This document shows, in pieces, positions 1-11,625 of a DNA stretch of 64,000 nucleotides. A program made the translations under genes and the position numbers. Each line of letters opens with the position of its first letter. The stretch's first letter is position 1. This DNA comes from Caecitellus pseudoparvulus (taxonomy: Eukaryota > Protista > Bigyra: Bicosoecida). The stretch is from NCBI GenBank assembly GCA_965644315.1, contig CBFFRQ010000198.1, positions 1-64,000 on the forward strand, read 5' to 3'. Under the pieces are notes generated by a model, which was not told the origin of the DNA, ran no database searches, and worked only from the letters and a program-made list of their open reading frames with translations.

Positions 1-40
1 ACATAGCGTGGGGCGTGTGCGAATATATAATAAAAAACAC
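1..40 (+). repeat. Inner end of left terminal inverted repeat
   Basis: acatagcgtggggcgtgtgcgaatatataataaaaaacac is the exact reverse complement of 20141-20180; identity stops at position 41 / 20140. Confidence 0.95.
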
Positions 41-146
41 TCTCTCACATTTTAAAATATAAAATATGAAAATCATAAAAATATATCTATGATAAAATAT
101 CTAAGAAAATTTCAAAAATCTCTAGAAAAAAAAATTCTAAAATAAA

Positions 147-183
147 AAAATATGTTTAAAGAAAAAATATTTTATCTAGTATA
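147..183 (+). promoter_or_regulatory. Promoter of helicase gene (TTTAAAGA + TCTA), 37-bp copy 1
   Basis: aaaatatgtttaaagaaaaaatattttatctagtata is identical to 2223-2259; TCTA at 175-178, just upstream of ATG 191. Confidence 0.75.
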
Positions 184-190
184 TTATATA

Positions 191-1918
191 ATGGATATTC
201 AACAACCAAAATTCGCAATTGATAAACTTATTAAAATGTATGAAGAAGAAGCAATAGAAGACATAGTTAAAAAAGCACGTAATAAGAATATAACAGATGA
301 TGATTTATTATTAAAATGTAAAGATTACATATCTAAAACCATTTTTAAATGTGAAGATGCCGAAAAATACATAGTTAATGATAAATTTATATCTGATAAA
401 ATTTTTAATAAAAAATTACAAGTGTTCCCTAAGCCTTTAAAGTATTGGTTCAAAAATTCATATATTGGATTTAAAAAAGCAGTTGTTAAATTTCATCACG
501 AAGAATTAAAAGAAAACGAATTTAATTTATTACCACCTCTTAAATTTAAACCTGAACCATACGAACAAACATCAGATGATTTAAAAGAGAAAGTTGATTA
601 TTTATTAAAAAATTATTTCTTACGTGTCTTATCAAATGGAAACGAGGAGAATTATAATTATTTAATTAAATGGATAGCTAATATGGTTCAAGGTAATAAA
701 AATACGTCTATGATAGTTTTAAAAGGTCCTGAAGGTTGCGGTAAATCTACATTAATTAGATTTATTGAAGATATGCTAGGGCTTAAGAATGTTATTAATT
801 CATCATCTCAACCACTAATTGAAAAATTTAATATGGAACTAATGGCTAAAGTTTGCGTATACTTTGAAGAACTCACAGGAGGAACAACAAGAGGACAAAA
901 AGCAGCAGCAGCAGCAAGATTAAGAGATTATATCACGAATCCATATTTAAACTATGAAGAGAAAAATAAAAACCCATTAGAAAACATTAAGAATGTTTCA
1001 AATTTTATTTCTCTATCAAATGAATATTACGCAATCAAAGACGACCAAGGCAGACGATATTTTATTTTAGATATTGACTCAAGCTTATTAGGCAATAATG
1101 AATACTGGGATAATATTCATAATAATTATGTTCATAATGAAAAAATTTCAAAAGCATTATTTAATTTTTTTAATAGTGTTGATATTTCAGATTTTCAACC
1201 ACTTAAAATGCCTATAACTGATTCAAAAATTAAAGCTCATTTAAAATCTTTTGACCCTTATATATCATTCATAAGAGAAAAATATTTATTCAAAAATAAA
1301 GGAATAGATAAAATTAAATGTAGAGATTTATTTTTAAAATATGCCACCTATTATGAAAAGGTATATAAAGAAACTATAAACACTAAATCACGTAAAACAT
1401 CAGTTTTTTTCTATGATAGATTAGAACATTGGGGAATAAAAAAATATAATAAAAAATTAGACGGTCGTAATGTTTATAAAATTTCATTTGAGGAATTAAA
1501 GAAAATATCAGAAAACTATAAATGGAATTTCAAATCAGAATATGAAGACGAAGAAGAAGATGAAGAAGAGGACGACGAAGAAGAAATAGATTTTCAAGAA
1601 GAAGAAACAGAAAATAACCAAAAACCAGATTTTAAATCTCAAGCGTTAAAATATAAAAAAATATGTATAGAACAAGCACAAGAACTAAAAAAATTAAAGG
1701 AAGAATTAAGAGCGTTAAAATTAAATATTATTAAAAAAGAAGAGGATAAATACGAGGATGACAGCGAAGATGAAGACAGCGACGATGAAGAAGAGATAAT
1801 AACTTTATCAGATAAACACCAGAAATTAAATAAAAGTTTAAGTAGTATGACAGCAGATAAAATCTCTAAGAAATCTGAGAAACCAGAATCAGACGATTTA
1901 TTTAAAATTTCAATATAA
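191..1918 (+). CDS. Superfamily 3 / D5-like primase-helicase (helicase domain) with acidic C-terminal tail
   Basis: Walker A GPEGCGKST, Walker B VYFEE, motif C ISLSN, and GRRYFILD arginine finger. Start placed at 191 because the ATG at 152 lies inside the duplicated promoter. Confidence 0.88.
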   Translation: MDIQQPKFAIDKLIKMYEEEAIEDIVKKARNKNITDDDLLLKCKDYISKTIFKCEDAEKYIVNDKFISDKIFNKKLQVFPKPLKYWFKNSYIGFKKAVVKFHHEELKENEFNLLPPLKFKPEPYEQTSDDLKEKVDYLLKNYFLRVLSNGNEENYNYLIKWIANMVQGNKNTSMIVLKGPEGCGKSTLIRFIEDMLGLKNVINSSSQPLIEKFNMELMAKVCVYFEELTGGTTRGQKAAAAARLRDYITNPYLNYEEKNKNPLENIKNVSNFISLSNEYYAIKDDQGRRYFILDIDSSLLGNNEYWDNIHNNYVHNEKISKALFNFFNSVDISDFQPLKMPITDSKIKAHLKSFDPYISFIREKYLFKNKGIDKIKCRDLFLKYATYYEKVYKETINTKSRKTSVFFYDRLEHWGIKKYNKKLDGRNVYKISFEELKKISENYKWNFKSEYEDEEEDEEEDDEEEIDFQEEETENNQKPDFKSQALKYKKICIEQAQELKKLKEELRALKLNIIKKEEDKYEDDSEDEDSDDEEEIITLSDKHQKLNKSLSSMTADKISKKSEKPESDDLFKISI

Positions 1919-1959
1919 GATTTTTAATATTTAAGAAAATAATTTTCTATACTCACTTA

Positions 1960-2208
1960 ATGAATATAGAAAATTCTTTAAAATCAGAATCAGGAGAAAA
2001 GAAAATTACACCATCCAAAGAACCAGAAAAAGTCAAAGAATATAATAAGAAATATTATGAAAAAAACAAAGACCGAATTTTAAAACAAATGAACCGGGTT
2101 ATAAGGTGTGATATTTGCGAGAAAGATGTTAAATTTTATAATTACCCTAAACACTGCCGAGGATTAAAGCATAAACACTTAAAGATAATGAAAGCTTTTG
2201 AAAATTAA
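1960..2208 (+). CDS. Small basic protein with C2H2-type zinc finger (giant-virus/virophage type)
   Basis: KEYNKKYYEKNK followed by CDIC-x11-H-x5-H; TCTA motif upstream. Confidence 0.65.
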   Translation: MNIENSLKSESGEKKITPSKEPEKVKEYNKKYYEKNKDRILKQMNRVIRCDICEKDVKFYNYPKHCRGLKHKHLKIMKAFEN

Positions 2209-2222
2209 AAAAATATCTAAAT

Positions 2223-2259
2223 AAAATATGTTTAAAGAAAAAATATTTTATCTAGTATA
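2223..2259 (+). promoter_or_regulatory. Promoter of pPolB gene, 37-bp copy 2
   Basis: Identical to 147-183; TCTA at 2251-2254, ATG at 2269. Confidence 0.75.
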
Positions 2260-2268
2260 ATATATATA

Positions 2269-4224
2269 ATGGCTCAACAACAAAAACCCACATTCACACA
2301 AAGTGAAAATATAGCAGCTAAGACATTTAAAGCATTCAACCAGAAAACAAAGAAATATAAAGATGGAGATTTAAAAATATCTTTATTTGGAGTTTCTGAT
2401 AATGACGAAAGCGATTATTTAAATTTTGATGATACAATCGATAACCCTGAAGATTTAAAATATTATTCTCAGGCAGTAAGAGAGCAATTAAAAGGGACAA
2501 CAATAAAAACCACTCAAAATTATTTAAATGTATTATCTAAACTAGCACAATATAAAAATTTAGATTATAATATAAGCGTTTTATTTTCTATCGGATGGCG
2601 TAATATTTCCAATGGTTGGAAGAATCCAGGACAAAGAATCAAAATAAAAGATTTTTTCAACCAATACAACGCACCAAATATTAAATATGTTTATGGTGTA
2701 TGTATTACAACAAAACCACATATAGAACCAGAAGAAGCAGAAGCAGGGGCAAACAGTGAATATAACGATTGTTTATATTTATCTATCAGACGAGTAATAG
2801 GGCAAGACAGGATGAAACCTTTTACAACTGCAGGACGTTTAAAGAATTTTTTAAATTTAGATAGAAAAGATAAAGTGCCATTAAAGGACATTTCAAAAAT
2901 AGAAGATAAATTAAATATTAATATTAATGTTTATGGTTTTGAGAATCCTATTTTATCAACCAAATCTAACCCACAAACCGTTAATTTACAATACAAAGAC
3001 GGACATTTAAAAAATAAATATAATAAAAGAAAAGGATTATCAGGAATCAAAAAACATAAATCAGATTTAAAAATTATCATATATCAGGAAAATTTAGATT
3101 TCATTATTTATTATGATGGAATTACAGAAGAAAAGACCGATAAGATAACTTTTTATAAAGACATCTATAAAAAACATTTTCATTTTTACCAATCCAACAC
3201 AAAGAATGATATTAAATCAGAGTATGAAAAATATAAGAATGATATTAACGAAATAAAAAAAGATGTTGATATATTAAAATTCAAATCAATCTCAGATTTT
3301 ATTAAAAATGAATGTTATTATATTTCTCAAAAGTTAAACATTGAACCTTTAGAAAATCCATTAGAAATCCATTTTTTAAATAAATGTTTCAGTGGTGGTT
3401 TAATCCATTGTAAGAAAGGAAAATATAAAAATGTTAGATGTTATGATATTAACAGTCAATATCCCTATATTCTACAACATCAACATTTTTTAATGCCAAC
3501 TAAAACAGGTAAATTTGAGAAATTAACAGAAACTCCAAAATTTTATAGATTTGGAATTTATAGAGCAAGAATAACAGGAAAAATAGACGATGCCTTATTT
3601 AATGTGAAACAATCTAATTTTTACACTAGCTATGAATTAACCAGAGCAAAAGAACTAAATTATAATATTGAATTAATCCAAGATGGAAGATATAATTTTT
3701 TATTCTATGATTCTAAAAGCCGTGTTAATGGTTCAATGGTGTTTAAAGATTATATTAAAAAGATGATAACATTAAAACAAACCTTTAAAAATAATCAAAT
3801 CCCTAAGATGTTATTAAATCGTTTATGGGGTTTGTTATGTTCTAAGAATTTTAAAATAACATCATTAAAAACATATAATCAAAGTATAAACAATATTAAT
3901 TTTATCCATCCTTCTAATGATAATAAAGAATATGTAGTAAATTACAGCCCAGATAATCCATTTAATACCGATTTAAGCCGCTTAAGTTGCTTTCTCACAG
4001 CTAAAGGGCGTGTTTTAATATCTTCAATAATTGAAAAATACGTAAAAGACACAAGTAAAATATATAGAATTCATACAGACGGATTTATAACCGATAAAAA
4101 CATTATCATTAATAAAATTAAAGGATTAGGGAAAGACGAATTAAGTAATAATGAACTAGGAGGATTAAAAATAGAATATGAAAAAGATAAAATCAAAATA
4201 GTTAATGTAAATAAAATAATCTAA
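2269..4224 (+). CDS. Protein-primed family B DNA polymerase (pPolB) with N-terminal putative terminal-protein and OTU-like protease regions
   Basis: FSGG, motif A YDINSQYP, motif B KMLLNRLWG, motif C variant IHTDGF, LGGLKIE. NDCLY...NINVY...KDGH fits a Cys-His vOTU-like domain. Confidence 0.9.
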   Translation: MAQQQKPTFTQSENIAAKTFKAFNQKTKKYKDGDLKISLFGVSDNDESDYLNFDDTIDNPEDLKYYSQAVREQLKGTTIKTTQNYLNVLSKLAQYKNLDYNISVLFSIGWRNISNGWKNPGQRIKIKDFFNQYNAPNIKYVYGVCITTKPHIEPEEAEAGANSEYNDCLYLSIRRVIGQDRMKPFTTAGRLKNFLNLDRKDKVPLKDISKIEDKLNININVYGFENPILSTKSNPQTVNLQYKDGHLKNKYNKRKGLSGIKKHKSDLKIIIYQENLDFIIYYDGITEEKTDKITFYKDIYKKHFHFYQSNTKNDIKSEYEKYKNDINEIKKDVDILKFKSISDFIKNECYYISQKLNIEPLENPLEIHFLNKCFSGGLIHCKKGKYKNVRCYDINSQYPYILQHQHFLMPTKTGKFEKLTETPKFYRFGIYRARITGKIDDALFNVKQSNFYTSYELTRAKELNYNIELIQDGRYNFLFYDSKSRVNGSMVFKDYIKKMITLKQTFKNNQIPKMLLNRLWGLLCSKNFKITSLKTYNQSINNINFIHPSNDNKEYVVNYSPDNPFNTDLSRLSCFLTAKGRVLISSIIEKYVKDTSKIYRIHTDGFITDKNIIINKIKGLGKDELSNNELGGLKIEYEKDKIKIVNVNKII

Positions 4225-4260
4225 AAATATTATAAAGAATCTAATAAAAGATTTTTTATA

Positions 4261-6275
4261 ATGTTATTTAATATGAACTTGAATAAATTGAAAAAACAGG
4301 ATTTAAAAGAGTTTTTCAAATATCAATATGGAAAATATCCACCCTCAAATTTTAAAAAGAAAGATATTATAACAGTTCTAAGCCACGACATACAAACAGG
4401 GGCAGGAATAAAGGATTTTTTCAGAAGTAAAGCAAATTCAACATTTTCATTTTTAAAGAAAGGTTATAATAAGGTAAAAGATACATTTAAACCAGTTCAA
4501 AAAATAGAAGATACAATAACAAAGCCTTTTGATTATAGAACACGTCTAACGAATGAAAGCAGAAAAACACTAGAAGAAGTAGGCGATAAAGTAATTAATA
4601 ACATAACAATTATTAGAACACCAGTAAATAAAACGTTAGTTAGTATTTTAGATACGTTATCATTTGGATATTTTAAACAATTAATGGAAAATCACGGATT
4701 CGATAAATTTTTCCATTTAGCCTTAGTTTTATCAATAGATGGGCGATACGTAATTTTAGAGAAATTAGCAGAGGTTAATATATCATTCAATTATAAGAAA
4801 TCATATACAGAGCTTAGCGAATCAACAACAGTTGAAAACTATCAAGGAGGTTTAACATTAAATCAAATGGTGAATAAAACCCGTGAATTTATGGGCGATA
4901 AATTATTTTTTGATTATGACGCCTTCACTAATAATTGTCAAAATTTTATTATGTCAGTATTAACGGCAAATGGACTTGACAACCAAAGAAATAAAGAATT
5001 TGTTTTTCAGGATATTAAAGAGATTTATAATGAATTAGAAAAGAAAGCGTCTTATTTATCACCTTTCGCTAAAATGACAACACGTTTAGGGGCTTGGTGG
5101 AATAAACTCACAGGAGCCGGAAAAAATCAAGCTGATATATTAACAAAAAAGAAACCAATAAACTATGGAATAGAAACAAACGAAATTATTAAAATGTTAT
5201 CATTCAATTATAAAAATGTTGAGGTTATGGGCTCATCAGCTATTAAGGCTACTTTATATCCTTCAGATTTTGATTTATACGAAGTTGTAAAGGTAAAGAA
5301 CTTAGAGGATTTAGAAAATAAATTTCAAGATAAAATATTAAAAATAGTTCAATCTAAAAATATATATTTAGGAGATGTTAAAATTGGAGTATTTCCAGAA
5401 TTTAAAATTTTAAACAGATGATATATATGTATAAAAACGGGCGATTAATAGGATATCAACCAAAAACAAATTAAGAAAGATATTAAAAGATAAATTATAT
5501 TTTTTACCAAAACAAGAAAAACAAGAATTATTAAAACTCATTAAAGCAAAACCAACACCAGACGAATTAGATATTATAAAAGATAAATTAAGATATCATA
5601 TATTAAGATGGACTCCAGACAGAAATATTGAGACGGTTATAAAGAATTATCAACAAATAAATATATTAGTTTATTAGATGCTTTTAAAAGTGATGGATTA
5701 TTTAAAGTTAGACGTTGTAGGATTTACCAGAAATAAATTTATTGACTTTTCCATAATCTACGAATTACGAAACGAGAAAACAAACAAACGAATAAATAAT
5801 TTTATGGTTAATGTGAAAGATAATTTAAACGACCAAATAAGAACATATAAAATAAAGGGTCAATATTTCAAAGCTCTAAAGCGTGAATTCTCAAAATTAA
5901 AACATACTTTCACATATACAAAAAATAAAGAAACCAAAGAAAAAGCATTAAGAAGATTAAAAGAACTAACGGCATTTTTTAACGGTCAAGCAGGTATTAT
6001 ATATAGTGTTATTAATGATATTGAGGCGTTATTAAATGTTATAAAATTATCTGAATCTGAATATTCAAGCAATGAAAAAATAATTAATGTTATTCAAAGT
6101 TTTATATATAGATTATCCAATATTTATTCAGTTAATGAATATTTAAGAAATGAAAAGAATATTTTATTAAGTATAAAAGCAATATTGAAAAATCCTGAAA
6201 ATATGGAGGAAAACTTGGAACAATTTACAAAATATTTTATTTAAGATATTAAATAAATTTTCTAAATCTATATAA
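4261..6275 (+). CDS. Multidomain (poly)protein: permuted papain-like peptidase + Pol-beta-like nucleotidyltransferase; frameshifted after ~5415
   Basis: FFHLAL...YDAFTNNCQNF (His before Cys) and MGSS...SDFDLYE NTase motif. Fragments LRYHILRWTP and LKLDVV continue through indels into ORF 5678-6244 and end near the TAATG overlap at 6273-6277. Confidence 0.65.
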
Positions 6276-6896
6276 TGTCAATGAATAATAACGAAGTCAG
6301 AGAATTATTATTAAAACTAGAACAAAATAGAACTTTAGAAAATCAAACCGGTGCTGGTTGTTGTGATGAAAGAACGGTAGGCGGTCAAGATTTATTACGG
6401 AGATATTAAAAACAAAGAAAAAACATTTGATGATATTAATTATAAGCGTTTAGATGGATTGTTAGGAAGTAATAGAAGCCTTAGAAAAACCACCAAAGAA
6501 ACGAGGAGGCAGAGTTCAAGGCGATTTCTTCAACATGGTGGAGCTACTGGAGGTGCTAAACTAGGTGAAGAATACGCCCGAGAATTACAAAAACATTTTA
6601 AGCATTTAGAAGGTGGTGAGAGCTTCTGGGATGGTTTTAAAAGAGGTTTCAACTCCGTGATTGAAGCCCGTAACTAAAGTTGTTAAAAGCTGTTGCACCT
6701 GTATTACCTTATGGCAACGTAGTTAAAGTCTGGTCTAGAAGCTGTAGGATATGGGAAAGCACCAAAGAAAAAACGCCAACCATCAGAAAAACAAAAGAAC
6801 ACGGGGACAACTAATTAAAAGAATTGATGCACGAGCACGGGTTAAGCTTTAGGTGAAGCCTCTCGCTATATCAAACAGAATAATTTAATGGATTGA
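6275..6896 (+). CDS. Putative virion core protein with multiple Gly-Gly/GxG cleavage sites (frameshifted)
   Basis: TCTA upstream. Reconstructed pieces: QTGAG, VGG, GGATGG, LEGGESFWDGFKRGF, and a basic C-terminus resembling RGQLIKELMHEHGLSLGEASRYIK. Confidence 0.6.
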
Positions 6897-6956
6897 AATA
6901 CTTAAGATAAATATCTAAATAATATAATATTAAAAATTATTATATAATTTATTATA

Positions 6957-8822
6957 ATGACAGAAAATAAATTTAATATCATTCCATAGCGAACAGGCAG
7001 AACGTATGCGACGCCAAGTTATGGACGAAGTTAAAACAAACCCAAAATTATATTAATTATACATTAAGGGGGCAATTTCAAAACCAACCCAAGGGCACAT
7101 CCTACAGGCTACTTTTAATACATATGTCTCAACATTCTTTTAATACTGCTAATTTATCACAAATGAAACAAACTAAAAATTTAATTAGGAGGAGCTCAAA
7201 CAAGTAGAAGGACACAATTTAATAATGAATCAGTTAAAAAATAGAGCTCTACAATTAGAGCAATTAAGTGCAGGATTACCAGCAACAACAAAGACCACAA
7301 CAAGCAGCACAAGAAATACCAGATACCGTCTCTACTTCTTTAGAATTATTCTTTAGTTCTTTAACAAGTTCTGATTTTTCATTATCTTATATTTCATCAA
7401 TGAATAAAGAAGCAAAACAGGCATTAGGAAACTTGAAGCAATACGGGCTAGATTTAGATAAACAAACATTAGAAAGATACGCACAAATTACAGAAACACA
7501 TTTAGATAATTATTTAACTAATATAGATGAATTGTATTTAGGGCGTGATATATTCGGCTCATATCTTGAAAATAGAGACGGAAAACAAGAAAGGAAAAGA
7601 GGCGATTTATATTTGGATTATTTAGAGCGTATTGATTATTACGAGGTTATTTTTAAAATTTATTTAACATTACAAGCCCTTATTAATAGTTTTGGAACTT
7701 CACCAGATACCAGAAAACAGGCATTTAACGAACAATTTAAAAATATCATTATGGCACCTAAAAATAAAATATTTAATCCAGAATTAAAAAGAATTGATGA
7801 TATTTTAAAACGTGGTTATAAATCATTAAAAGACGTAATAAATAAAAGTGCATATGATGAAATTAAAGAATACTTTGAAACTGACAAGAAACAGAAAAAG
7901 AACCCAAGCTTAAAAGATAGAGGAGAAGAAAGGGGATTAAAGGATTATGAAGATATGAGAGAAGAAGAAAGGGAAGCAGAAAGGGAAGAAAATAAAAGAA
8001 AAAGGGCTATTGAAAAATTACTAAGAGACTTTGATAAACAAAATGAAAAGCTAAGAAAACATTTTAATAAGTTTGAGAATAAAAACAAACCATTAAAAAG
8101 CAAATCATCAATTAAAACACGTGAAAAAAGACTAAAAGCACTTGAAGAAATAATAGCGAAACTTCAAAACCTAGGAGTAGAAGCACCACCAATAGCACAA
8201 CCAGAAGGAACACCACCAAAAGCAAAACCAGCGGCACCAGTAGCACCAACAGGGGAAGCAAAAGAAGCACCAAAACAAGCGGAAGATGGAGGAATACCAG
8301 AATTTAAGCCACCACCAGCAGCAATAGAAGAAGACTCAGAAGACGATTTACCAGAAGCCCCACAACCACCCAGAACAAAACAGGCACAAACACCAGCAAC
8401 ACCAGCCCCAGCCGTTCCACCTTCTCCAGCTTCTCCACTTGATGCGACAATACAGCGACTATATGACGATTTACAAAATAAAGAAAAACGATTATTAGAC
8501 CATATAGATAAATACACGGAAGATGACGGAGCCATAACAAATAAGAAAGCAAGAAACCATAGAAAAGATTTAAGAAAACAATACAACAAAGCAAAAGGCA
8601 GATTATGAAGCACAAATAAGAGGAAGAGCAAGGGAAACACCAACAAAGCCACCAAGCGGGGCAGCTGCACCATATGATGATACAGACGGAACAGGAGAAG
8701 AGGATTTAACAGGGCAAGGAATGAACCCCGCAAAATTCACAACCAATTTTTTAAAAGGTTCCGGACCAATGTTTAAACAAATAGAACAAATTTTTAAAGG
8801 TAAAAGGCGTTTATGGAAATAA
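6957..8822 (+). CDS. Hypothetical coiled-coil / Pro-Ala-rich protein, probable core protein (frameshifted at both ends; intact part 7268-8608)
   Basis: ATG at 6957 after AT-rich TCTA region; 446-aa intact ORF; LTGQG and LKGSG motifs in the 3' fragment; followed by a long hairpin. Confidence 0.55.
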
Positions 8823-8912
8823 AAGATTTACAAAAACATTAAAAAACTTATAATAAAATATCTAGAAATTACAATATGATATATAGTTTTTTTAAGTTTT
8901 TGTAAATCTTTT
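8821..8912 (+). terminator. Intergenic ~31-bp imperfect inverted repeat (putative hairpin 3'-end/polyadenylation signal)
   Basis: aaaagatttacaaaaacattaaaaaacttata ... tatagtttttttaagtttttgtaaatctttt, starting at the upstream stop codon. Confidence 0.55.
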
Positions 8913-8928
8913 TTTCTAAATCTTAATA

Positions 8929-9724
8929 ATGCCTAGTTTTGAATTACTTGATTATAAAAACTCTAAATTAAAAAAGGATTATACACCGGTTGCCATTGTT
9001 AAAGGTGATGAAAACCACAAAGACTTTAATAAATTCTTATGTTTAACCGATAAAAACACGGGTCATAAAAGTATAAAACTACCTGATGATTTAATTTTTA
9101 ATATTCTCCCATCAACAAAAAGGGGAAAACGTGATATTTTCTATATTGCTGGTGCTTCTGGTTCTGGTAAATCATATCAAGCAAAAATTATTTGTAATAA
9201 TTATCATAGATTAAATCCGGATTTGCCTATATTTTTAATATCTAAATTAGAAGAAGACGAAACGTTGGACGAATTGGACTATATCCACCGTGTAGATATT
9301 GAAGATTTTATAGAAGAATTTAATATTAATAATGAAGATTTAGCGGGATTCTATATTTTTGATGATTTTGAAACATTAGAAAAACCTATTTTAGATAAAG
9401 TTATTAAAATCATTGATGATATATGTATTATGGGGCGACATAATAATTTAACACTTAGCCTATATCAGCACACAATCTAACAAACTATAAAAAAACGACG
9501 GTTAATTCTTAAATGAATCCAGCACATATTGTTATTTTTCCTCAAAGTCTTCCTCACCTCATCAATTAGGCTATTTATTAAAGAAATTATGGAGGATGTG
9601 ATAAAGACGAAATTAAGAAACTTACGCAAAGCTTAGGCAGGTGGACTGTGTGTCTTATACAAATTATCCGAATTATATATTATCTTCAAATTATGCTTAT
9701 CTTTTACATCAGGACGAAGATTAA
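8929..9724 (+). CDS. A32-like (FtsK-HerA) genome packaging ATPase, frameshifted after ~9460
   Basis: IAGASGSGKS Walker A, YIFDDFE Walker B, MGRH arginine finger; homologous-looking fragments continue to TAA 9722-9724. Confidence 0.88.
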
Positions 9725-9763
9725 AAAATAATATATGATATTATTATTATATAATATATTATA

Positions 9764-10350
9764 ATGAAAAAATCTAAAAAATCTGACCCAGAACATAACG
9801 AAGAATTAAGACAAGAACTTAAACGATATTATTTATCAAATAGTGATTTAGAATATTTATTTAATGATGATACAAATATTATAAGTTATGATAAACTATA
9901 TAATTATAGACATATTGACGAAATCTTCGATAAAAAGGGGCGTTGTGTGTTATTATATCTGACGTCTGACCCTAATGTCGGTCATTGGGTAGGCACTTAA
10001 TTAAAAAAGGAAACATTATAGAACATTTCGACCCTTACGGACACCCACCAGACACAGCAACGGAAAATTTAGAGGCTTATGAAGAAGTAGAAAAACAAAC
10101 AGGACAAGACGAACCCCGATTATTAAGAATGATAGACCAGGCGGGGTATGGTTTAGAATATAATAAATACCCATATCAAAAGAAAGGAGAAGGTATAGGA
10201 ACTTGTGGCAGACACACAGCGGCACGATTACTTTTATATAAATTATCTTTAGAAGATTATAAGAAATTAATGAAATCATTAAAAGATAAGAATTTAAAAG
10301 ACTTTGACGACGTAGTCACCAAATTTACATATGATTTATTAAAAAAATAA
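9764..10350 (+). CDS. Virion maturation cysteine protease (adenain/Ulp1 clan), one frameshift near 9995
   Basis: GHWV, EHFDPYG and YQ...TCGRH catalytic motifs are split between ORFs 9764-10000 and 9985-10350. Confidence 0.88.
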
Positions 10351-10385
10351 TTTTATTAAAATATTTTATCTAATATATATTAATA

Positions 10386-11530
10386 ATGTTAAATTCTACA
10401 ATGTATCAAGACGATAAAAATATTTATTATAATATTGATATTATCAACGGAAGAAGCACAAGCCAAGGCAAGATTAATGACCCTATTGCCAGTTTTTCAG
10501 AAACACGAGACGTGCCTTTAATTAATGATGCTAGTAAATATAAAATGTCTATTATTCGTTTTACTATGAATGGTATAAATGATTTACCTTTATTTATTCC
10601 AGTAATTGAAGAAGGACAAACAACCCCTAATAAAACCGTTTATAAAATCACAGTTCAACATAATCATATAGGCGGGCAACGTATACGAATTTACACAGCC
10701 CGTTATTTGGGAAAGCAACGATAGCAAGCTTAACTGCACCTTCAAATTTTGAAACACAAGGACAGGACGCAACACAAGAATATTACTACTGCCACACATA
10801 CGACCATTTTATTAATTTGGTTAATACTAGCTATTACATATTCTATAGCACAATTAAACGCATTAATTAAAGTAGATTTTCCAGCATTTACAGATTTAAT
10901 ACGCCCTTTTATAGTATATAACAACGCAAATAAAAAATTTGATATTTACTATCCCGCAGATAATGACGCCGGTTTTTCGTTTTATTTTAATTCAAATTTA
11001 TATAATCTTATTGTCTCATTATCCGCACGAATACAACGATTTAGACGAAGTTAAACAATATAGAATTATCCCCCGTAATTATCAGGGTTTAAACTAGTAT
11101 AACGTTAAATAGTGTAGATTATATTAAAATAGAACAGGAGGCGGTAAGTCTTAGGCACATATTGGAGCCCTATAAGTTCTATTGTTTTTACTTCTTCATT
11201 ACTTACCTATTATATCTGAGGGTGTTTCTCAACCTATCAAATTTGGTAATTCTAACAATGCTAATGCCGTTTCTTCGGTTTCTAATTTTGAACCTATTAT
11301 AACTGATATCAGCCTTAACTTTAGATGATGCTTATAATTACAAGGACTTTTTATCCTACATTCCAGGGGCTGAATATCGTTTCGTATCTCTTACAAATTC
11401 TAACCAACCTATAAGGAACGTGAATGTGAATATTTATTGGAAGTATCGGCTAACAGGTCAATTAGTGCCTTTGAAATTATCCAACTTATCCAATATCTCT
11501 ATGAAGTTTTTATTCCAGCCTAAATATTAA
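10386..11530 (+). CDS. Minor capsid protein (penton), multiple frameshifts
   Basis: YYNIDIIN...FSETRDVPLINDASKYKMSIIRF...LPLFIP is typical of virophage pentons; C-terminal AEYRFVSL...IYWK...MKFLF; lies immediately before MCP. Confidence 0.85.
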
Positions 11531-11625
11531 AAAATATCTAGTCTAAGATTTTTAAGAGTATACGTGATTTTTTAAAATAAAAATATAAGGGTTTATTTTT
11601 AAAAATATTTTCTAAAATATATTAT

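Noticed and set aside
152-190. Helicase start at ATG 152, as in the ORF track
   Set aside because: This ATG is inside the 37-bp promoter duplicated before pPolB; ATG 191 has the usual TCTA spacing.
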